Assembly: GCA_038060895.1 (NCBI GenBank)
Contig: JBBTCT010000029.1
Coordinates: forward strand, 1-64,000
Length of the DNA stretch: 64,000 bases
Reading direction: 5' to 3'
Origin: Planctomycetota bacterium
GTDB taxonomy: Bacteria > Planctomycetota > MHYJ01 > WSZJ01
The notes under the pieces were generated by a model. It was not told where the DNA came from. It saw only the letters and a list, made by a program, of their open reading frames with translations, and ran no database searches. Shown here piece after piece: positions 57,635 to 64,000 of the stretch (within the stretch, counting starts at the first letter, position 1; each line of letters starts with the position of its first letter). The position numbers and the translations under genes are program-made.

Positions 57635-59266
57635 ATGGTCATCCCGATCGGCGATGAGAATCCGCGCACCCGGCAGCCCTGGGTGTCGTGGACCTTTGCC
57701 GGGCTGACCGCTGCGGCCTATCTCTTGCATCTCACCGGCCGCACGCCCCGCGGCGGCGCATTCGAGTTTTTTATTTCCCCCGTGCTCGCGCCCGACCCGG
57801 TGACGGCAGCCTGGTGCATCCTCGCGCTCCTCATCTTCGCGGACAACGTCGAGGAACGGCTCGGGCCGCTCTACCACGCCTGCCTCCTCATCGGCGCCGG
57901 CTGGGCGGGCGCCGCCGCCCGCGTGGCCGATACCCCCTCGCTCCGCGCCTGGCTCGGCGTCGGCGTCATCAAATTCCCGTACGCCGGGGCCGCCGCGGTC
58001 GCAACCGCCGCTGCGGTCGCCTACGCCGTCTTCTACCCGCTTCACCAGATCAAGTTCTTCCATATCTTCACCCCGCGGCGCCGGTACGGGTACGGGGTGA
58101 CCTCGCTGCTCCTGGGAAGCGCGTTCGAGTCGTCGCAGTCGAGAAGCGACACCTTTTACGTGGCTGCGCCGACGGGAGTCTTCCTCTGGGGACTCGGCAT
58201 CCTCGCCGGCGCGCTTCTCGGCTGGCGCACGGGAGGCGAGCTCTCGGCTCTCGTCGTCGGCGCGATCGCCGGCGCCGGGACCGGTTTCCTTATCCGGATG
58301 CAATCGGGACAGCCGATGTATCCGCAGGAGCTCGAGCCTGGGCCGGCGCCGCGAGCCCAGCCTGCGTGGGCCGCGCCACCGACGCACGGACTGGCCGCCG
58401 CTCCGCTCGCGTCGCTGACCTCCGCGGAAGCCCCTTCGCCCGCTTCCTACTCGTACGTCGCACCGAGGCCTCTTCAGCCTCCCCCGGCTTTCGCCACCGG
58501 AGGCTGGGCGGTGCTGCGCGAAACGGACGAACTCTACGACGTGGGACTGCTCGGTCGCGTCGCCGCGAAGTACATGGGCGTCCCCGTCGCGGACGCGACC
58601 CGGCGGATCCGCCAGACGCGCGGCGTGCTGGCGCGCGGGCTGGACCGGGAACGGGCGCTCGAGATGGCGAAGGCGGTGACGGAAGCGAAAGTGCCGGCGT
58701 TTGCCGTGCTCGAAGAGAAAACGGGCGGGCTGCCTCCGGCGCAGATGGCGGGGTCGTGCGGATGCAATTCGGGCGGACTCGAGTTCGAGCTTGGCGGCGG
58801 GAAGAAGGCACACGTCTCCTGGGGAGAGGTGGCCGTCATCGCGGCCGCCCGCGTCGATGAAAAGGACCAGTCGATCGCCCTCATGGAACCCGACCCTTCG
58901 GGCCCGCAGGCGCCCTCCGTCGTCGCACGCGAACGGACCACCCAGACCACGCTCATCGACCTGATTACGCTTCACCCCCCGATGCGTTTCCGGGTGGCGC
59001 GGCAGGAAGCGGTGCTCGGTTCGTCCGGAGACGTGTCGAGCGCGGGGTTCCGGCAATTTGCGGCTTCGTGCCTGAAGCACCGCGGGGCCTCGCCCGTGAA
59101 CAAGGGCCTCTCGGTCATCGCTTCGCGTGGCTCCTGGGGATACCTGGCGTTCAGCAATCCGGCGGCCTACGAGGAATACCTCTGGTGGCTTCTCCAGGTC
59201 ATCCTCCGTCGTACGGCCCCCGTCTCCGCCCCGCGCGCCGGCGCCGCGACGTCCTATCTCGAATAG
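57635..59266 (+). CDS. Rhomboid-like membrane domain (degenerate) fused to a soluble domain
   Basis: MVIPIGDENP and IFADNVEERLG match rhomboid family segments; catalytic motifs are absent. Confidence 0.7.
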   Translation: MVIPIGDENPRTRQPWVSWTFAGLTAAAYLLHLTGRTPRGGAFEFFISPVLAPDPVTAAWCILALLIFADNVEERLGPLYHACLLIGAGWAGAAARVADTPSLRAWLGVGVIKFPYAGAAAVATAAAVAYAVFYPLHQIKFFHIFTPRRRYGYGVTSLLLGSAFESSQSRSDTFYVAAPTGVFLWGLGILAGALLGWRTGGELSALVVGAIAGAGTGFLIRMQSGQPMYPQELEPGPAPRAQPAWAAPPTHGLAAAPLASLTSAEAPSPASYSYVAPRPLQPPPAFATGGWAVLRETDELYDVGLLGRVAAKYMGVPVADATRRIRQTRGVLARGLDRERALEMAKAVTEAKVPAFAVLEEKTGGLPPAQMAGSCGCNSGGLEFELGGGKKAHVSWGEVAVIAAARVDEKDQSIALMEPDPSGPQAPSVVARERTTQTTLIDLITLHPPMRFRVARQEAVLGSSGDVSSAGFRQFAASCLKHRGASPVNKGLSVIASRGSWGYLAFSNPAAYEEYLWWLLQVILRRTAPVSAPRAGAATSYLE

Positions 59267-59538
59267 AGGCACCGCCGCAATTGGCCCGAAAGTCCGGCCC
59301 GCCGTTCCGGTACAATGCCTCCCTGTTCTTCTTGAGAAGGGAGGTCGCGGTACCAGCCCGAAACGCGCTTCGGAAAAACCGCCCGTGACGCCGCCGGCAG
59401 CGAACCACGCTTTCCATTATTCATGATTCCCCCGGCCGCGCGCGCTGCAATTTCCCCTGCGCCGCCACGCTTGAAGCCTCCGGAGCCGTCGCGTCGACGG
59501 CGATCGGGGCTTCTTGCCCTGCACAACAGGGGGACTCC

Positions 59539-60117
59539 ATGAAACGAAGGGGATTTACGCTCATCGAACTGCTGGTGGTCATAGCGATCATCGGCATTCT
59601 CGCTGCGCTGCTGCTGCCTGCCCTGGCTTCGGCGAGGAAGGCGAGCCGGAAGACGGACTGCAAGAATTCGCTGAAGCAGGTCGGTGTGTACTTCGCGATG
59701 TACGACTCGCGGTACCGCGGTTATCCGGTGCCGGGAGCGGCCACGTGGTTCCAGTTGCTCTGGGAGCCTTCGCTGGCTTCCGACGGAAACCTGTTCCGAT
59801 GCGCCGTTGTCGGCAAGGGCGGCACGGGAACACACTACAAGGGAATTACGGGAGCCGGCACGTACACGCCGACGGGATTCGGGCCGTACACATGGACGTC
59901 GTCAGGGTTGACCGACAGCGCCCCGGCCGACCTGCCGGTTGCGTGCGACGACGACCAGGTCGGCGTTCCTAACCACGGGAACGGGGACGACAGGAACATC
60001 CTTTTCTTCCAGGGAAGGGTCGACGTGTTCGCGATGGGGTCGCCCGTCGAAATGGCAGCCAGCGCGCTTCTGGGAACGACGACGACAGGCTGGGCAGCAC
60101 CGGCGGGGATCAAGTAA
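59539..60117 (+). CDS. Prepilin-type N-terminal cleavage/methylation protein, copy 1
   Basis: [27 protein letters not shown]...CKNSLKQ. Confidence 0.92.
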   Translation: MKRRGFTLIELLVVIAIIGILAALLLPALASARKASRKTDCKNSLKQVGVYFAMYDSRYRGYPVPGAATWFQLLWEPSLASDGNLFRCAVVGKGGTGTHYKGITGAGTYTPTGFGPYTWTSSGLTDSAPADLPVACDDDQVGVPNHGNGDDRNILFFQGRVDVFAMGSPVEMAASALLGTTTTGWAAPAGIK

Positions 60118-60161
60118 GAAATGCAGGGTCGGGAGGGCGGCGAAATCGCGACATTTTTCGG

Positions 60162-60190
60162 TTGACTCGCCCTACCCCGTCCCTTAAGAT
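60162..60190 (+). promoter_or_regulatory. Sigma70-type promoter for pilin-like copy 2
   Basis: TTGACT-17 nt-TAAGAT. Confidence 0.6.
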
Positions 60191-60519
60191 CTTAAAGGTA
60201 AGCATTTTCAGAAAGGGGGCATGCAGGACCGCGAGAGAAAGATCTGAGCGAGAGAGCGAACGCGACGTCGCCGGGCCACCCACCGATCTCATCACATCAA
60301 TTTATCCCGAGCATTCGGATCCCAGGCCAACGACGTCAGGAGCGCTCCTCCCCGAAAGGGGACGACTCCCGACAGCCCTGATCCCGGACCGCCCCGCAGA
60401 CGGGCGCCGAGGGAAACGGACTTCGAGATCTTTCCGAGACGGCCACGACACACCGAACCCGGCCGCAACGAAGCACGTGACAAAACAAAACTCGGAACAA
60501 CAACTAGGGGATCCAACCC

Positions 60520-61098
60520 ATGCGTAAAAAGGGCTTCACCCTGATCGAACTGCTCGTCGTTATCGCCATCATCGGCATCCTGGCCGCCCTTCTGCTCCCC
60601 GCTCTGGCCGCTGCCAGAAAGTCCAGCCGCAAGACGGACTGCAAGAACAGCTTGAAGCAGATCGGCATCTACTACGCTCTGTACGAAGGCAAGTTCAAGG
60701 CCTATCCGACCCCGGGCGCAGCCAGCTGGTTCGCGCTGCTCTGGAGGCCTGACATGGCGACGGACGGCAACCTGTTCCGCTGCGCGGTCGTCGGCAAGAG
60801 CGGCACGGGCACTCACTACAAGGGCATCACCGGCGCCGGCTCGTACACCCCCATCGGCGGCGCGACCTACACCTGGACGGCCACGGGCATCACGGACGGC
60901 GCTCCGCCGGACCTGCCCATGGGCTGCGATGACCTCCAGGCCGGCACCCCGAACCACGGGACCGGCGACGACATCAACGTGCTCTTCTTCCAGGGCCGCG
61001 TCGATGTGTTCGCGATCGGATCCCCGACGCAGGGCGTCGTGGATGCACTGCTCGGCTCGACGACCTCCGGCTGGGCAGCGCCGGCTGGCACGAAGTAG
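60520..61098 (+). CDS. Prepilin-type N-terminal cleavage/methylation protein, copy 2
   Basis: [12 protein letters not shown]; same length (192 aa) and colinear with copy 1. Confidence 0.92.
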   Translation: MRKKGFTLIELLVVIAIIGILAALLLPALAAARKSSRKTDCKNSLKQIGIYYALYEGKFKAYPTPGAASWFALLWRPDMATDGNLFRCAVVGKSGTGTHYKGITGAGSYTPIGGATYTWTATGITDGAPPDLPMGCDDLQAGTPNHGTGDDINVLFFQGRVDVFAIGSPTQGVVDALLGSTTSGWAAPAGTK

Positions 61099-61113
61099 TT
61101 CGACCTGGACTCA

Positions 61114-61151
61114 AGACGGCCCCCGGGTTTCCCGGGGGCCGTTTCTTTTTT
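61114..61151 (+). terminator. Rho-independent terminator
   Basis: ACGGCCCCCGGG-TTT-CCCGGGGGCCGT followed by TTCTTTTTT. Confidence 0.85.
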
Positions 61152-61194
61152 GGTGCGGCCTCCGGCATTTCCGGCGGTCGTCCTTTGATGTAGC

Positions 61195-63099
61195 GTGCGA
61201 CTCGTGACGACGCCCGAAATTCCAGATGTGCCCTCCGGCGCTGTGCGACCCTGGCTGGCTCCCTGCGCAGTCTTCGCCGGCGCCCTCGCGGTGCGGCTTG
61301 CGGTTGCCATCGAAGCGTGGACCCGGATCCCTTTCCTGAAGGCTCCCGTCGTGGACGGCGCCGAGTATTTCATTCGCGCCAGGCAAGTCGCGGCGGGGGA
61401 GTGGTGGTCGCAGAAAATGGAGATTCATCCTCCTCTCTACGGTTGGTTTGCGGGGACGGTGTTCTCGATGTTCGGCGACGGCTCGTTCGCGCTGTATGCG
61501 ATCCAGGCGCTGATCGGCTCTGCGACAGCCGTGCTGATCTGGCGATTCACGAAACTGCTGGCAGGCCCGCGGGCTGCGGTAGTAGCCGGTGCGCTCGCCG
61601 CCGTCGCGTGGCCCGCCGTCCTCCAGGAGGTCCACGCTTCCGCGGCCGGGCTTTCCCTCTGCTTCGCCGCCGCCGCGCTGAACCTCTCGGAATGGGCCAC
61701 GCGCGGAAGACCGCTGCGCGCCCTCGCCCCGGGCCTCGCCGTCGGGCTCGCGGGAATCGCCCACGGCATGATGCTCGCCTTCGCGCTCGTCCTGCTCCTT
61801 CCCCTCCTCTCACGAACGCGCCGGGGAGCCCTCGTGGCCGCCGCCGGCCTCGCCGCCGCCCTCGTCCCCCCTCTCGCCGTCTGCGCCCATAACGCCGGGC
61901 TCGACGACGGCTCCTACACCCTTCAGGCGAACGTCGGCCTCAACGTCTGGATCGGCAACAATCCCAACGCCGACGGTTACCCGAACCTCATGCAGGGCCC
62001 TCCGTACGACGACGTCGTCGACCGCGCGTGGCGCGCCGGACACCTGACCGCCGCCGAACAGGACAGCTACTTCCGCGGCGAGGCCCTGCGCTGGGCCGCT
62101 TCACACCCGTTCCGGTGGATGGCATTGTGCGGAAAGCGCCTCCTGGGGACCTGGAGCTCGGCCGAAGTCGATTCATCGATGGATGCGAGAGTGTTCGAAG
62201 AAGGGCTCGCGCTGGACCTGCTCGCCTTCGGGCGGTGGGGGCTCCTGGCCGCGCTCGCGCTCCCAGGGGCCATCCTGCTCTGGAGGAGGTCGGGTGAAAA
62301 CCGCCGCCTCTGGCTGGCCGGCGCAGCCGCCGCGGGAATTCCCCTTCTCCTTCTCGTCACCTCGAATCGGTACCGCGTGCCGCTTCTCGTCGCGCTCCTT
62401 CCCGCCGCGGGCGTGGCGCTGGAAGCGGCGTGGACGGAGCGAAAGGCGCTCGCAACCCGCGCCTGTGCTGGACTGGCGGCGCTGGCCGTCGGCGGCGGCG
62501 TGCTTTCCTTCCTGAATCCGCTGGGCGTCCCGACCGGAGCGTATGCCGACCGCGACATGGCTCTCGGCGCCTCGCACGCGGAACTCGGCGATCTGCCTTC
62601 CGCCGAGAAGCACTTCCAGGCCGCTCTCGTCCGCCGTCCCGGCGACCCGTACGTGCTCCTGATGCTCGGCCGGGTCTACCATAAGGCGGGGGCAGTGGCT
62701 CCTGCCGTCGAGGCCACGCAGCGGGCGCTCGCGGCTCGTCCGTCCTACGTCGATGCGCTCGTGCAGGCCGCGCTCTTCCTCCAGGCAGCCGGGCGCCCGT
62801 CCGAGGCCGATGGGCTCTTCCGCAAGGGCATGCTCGCCGAACCGCTCGATCCGCGCATCCCGGGCCGGTACGGGGAGTGGCTGCTGTCGCAGAATCGGGC
62901 GGCGGAGGGGATCCCTGCGCTGCGGCGGGCGGTGGAACTGCAGCCCCGGTCGAGGGGTTACCGGAACAATCTCGGGATGGCGTTGCTGGCGATTGGCCGA
63001 CTTGCGGAAGCGGAGAAGCAGTTCCGTTCGGTCCTGGAGGATGACCCCGGGAACGCCGATGCGCTCACGGGCCTGGAGCTTGCCACGCAGGTGAAGTAA
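61195..63099 (+). CDS. GT-C fold membrane glycosyltransferase with C-terminal TPRs
   Basis: VDGAEY...HPPLY, NVWIGNNPNADG, RYRVP; TPR tail. Start uncertain. Confidence 0.8.
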   Translation: MRLVTTPEIPDVPSGAVRPWLAPCAVFAGALAVRLAVAIEAWTRIPFLKAPVVDGAEYFIRARQVAAGEWWSQKMEIHPPLYGWFAGTVFSMFGDGSFALYAIQALIGSATAVLIWRFTKLLAGPRAAVVAGALAAVAWPAVLQEVHASAAGLSLCFAAAALNLSEWATRGRPLRALAPGLAVGLAGIAHGMMLAFALVLLLPLLSRTRRGALVAAAGLAAALVPPLAVCAHNAGLDDGSYTLQANVGLNVWIGNNPNADGYPNLMQGPPYDDVVDRAWRAGHLTAAEQDSYFRGEALRWAASHPFRWMALCGKRLLGTWSSAEVDSSMDARVFEEGLALDLLAFGRWGLLAALALPGAILLWRRSGENRRLWLAGAAAAGIPLLLLVTSNRYRVPLLVALLPAAGVALEAAWTERKALATRACAGLAALAVGGGVLSFLNPLGVPTGAYADRDMALGASHAELGDLPSAEKHFQAALVRRPGDPYVLLMLGRVYHKAGAVAPAVEATQRALAARPSYVDALVQAALFLQAAGRPSEADGLFRKGMLAEPLDPRIPGRYGEWLLSQNRAAEGIPALRRAVELQPRSRGYRNNLGMALLAIGRLAEAEKQFRSVLEDDPGNADALTGLELATQVK

Positions 63100-63114
63100 G
63101 CGGGTCTTGCATCC

Positions 63115-63144
63115 TTGACTAGGCCTTGGCAGGCGCGCTAGACT
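63115..63144 (+). promoter_or_regulatory. Possible sigma70 promoter
   Basis: TTGACT-18 nt-TAGACT. Confidence 0.5.
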
Positions 63145-63194
63145 GCCTCTCTAAGTCGTGGGGGTCAACCCGCCTAAATTTAGGAGAGGTCCGC

Positions 63195-64000
63195 ATGCGT
63201 TTCGGATCCCGATTCCTCCTTTCCATGGCCGTCCTTGCGGTGTTCGCGGGGGTTGCCAGGGCTGACGTCAAGAAGCGGTGGGAGCTGACGTTCGACCATG
63301 AACGTCCGGAGCACTACACGTTCCGCTCGCCGATGGGTAAGGAGAAGAACTACTGGTATTTCGTCTACCGCGTGACGAACAACACGCCCCAGACGTGTCC
63401 GCTGATCGTGGACGTGAGCCTTCACGTCGACGGCCGCAACTGGCAACAGGCCGGGTTTTATCCGGTCGAAGAGAACGCGATCATTGCCGAAGCGGACCGG
63501 ATGGGCGGGTACTCGGTGGGGATCCAGAAGGAACTGATCGAGGACTTCAAGAAGCGCCGCAAGTACCTGAACAAGGGCGACCAGAGGAAGGTCGGCGTGC
63601 TTCTGCCCGGCGAGTCGGTTCACTGCCTGGCGATCTTCGAGGACAAGGCGTACCGCTACAACGACGTCGAGGTGATGGTGAGCGGCCTCGTGGACCCGGT
63701 GACGTACAAGTGGATGGACCGCAAAGAAGGGTCGCAGACGTCGGGCAGCAACATCCATCTCCAGTACGAAAACAGCGTCTTCCGCCTCACGTACGCTCGC
63801 ACGGGCGACCAGTTCTTTTCCTTCCAGCGCGGCCTGACCCTGACGAAGCACGACTGGGTTGTGGTCGGGATCAACCCGGCGGTGACGAAGTCGGACATCG
63901 CAGGCCTTGTGAGCGCGATGACCAACGACGATCCGCTGATCCGTCGCGTGGCGCAGGACCTGCTCATCCGTTACACGGCCGCGGCGCGCAAGGACATGGA
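63195..64000 (+). CDS. Secreted hypothetical protein (partial, runs off the window)
   Basis: AGGAGAGG RBS; MRFGSRFLLSMAVLAVFAGVARA signal; YWYFVYRVTN; HEAT-like DDPLIRRVA near the window end; open to 64000. Confidence 0.8.
   Translation, partial: MRFGSRFLLSMAVLAVFAGVARADVKKRWELTFDHERPEHYTFRSPMGKEKNYWYFVYRVTNNTPQTCPLIVDVSLHVDGRNWQQAGFYPVEENAIIAEADRMGGYSVGIQKELIEDFKKRRKYLNKGDQRKVGVLLPGESVHCLAIFEDKAYRYNDVEVMVSGLVDPVTYKWMDRKEGSQTSGSNIHLQYENSVFRLTYARTGDQFFSFQRGLTLTKHDWVVVGINPAVTKSDIAGLVSAMTNDDPLIRRVAQDLLIRYTAAARKDM

Noticed and set aside
59539-61098. Pilin paralogs as a DGR template/variable pair
   Set aside because: The differences are spread throughout, largely synonymous and not restricted to adenines; this fits ordinary duplication.

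Overview
GC-rich bacterial chromosomal window, most consistent with a Planctomycetota-like organism (inference from five Ser/Thr kinase-fold genes, kinase-linked ECF sigma factors and DUF1559-style prepilin-like genes). Core genes: a divergent EF-G, an S10 ribosomal protein operon (rpsJ to rpmC) that runs into dksA-like/lspA with no rpsQ, rho, short serA, dGTPase, secA, waaA and metK. Accessory content: tandem spermidine-synthase-like membrane proteins, kinase/ECF modules, GT-C-type membrane proteins, a Kelch protein, a Ycf46-like AAA ATPase and tandem pilin-like genes. Best leads: (1) a C39 peptidase lipoprotein coupled to an exported double-glycine precursor with TM, Gly16 linker and CxxCHGxG pair; (2) a four-helix-bundle gene enclosed by 9-bp direct repeats inside ~48-bp heptamer inverted repeats, with gene-less hairpins of the same design elsewhere; (3) low-complexity tails on six ribosomal proteins, including an 18-His tail on L22; (4) four apparent pseudoenzymes; (5) a perfect 32-bp all-AT palindrome. 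I recognised no tRNA, rRNA, CRISPR array or intact mobile element. All calls come from reading motifs by eye; no searches were run.
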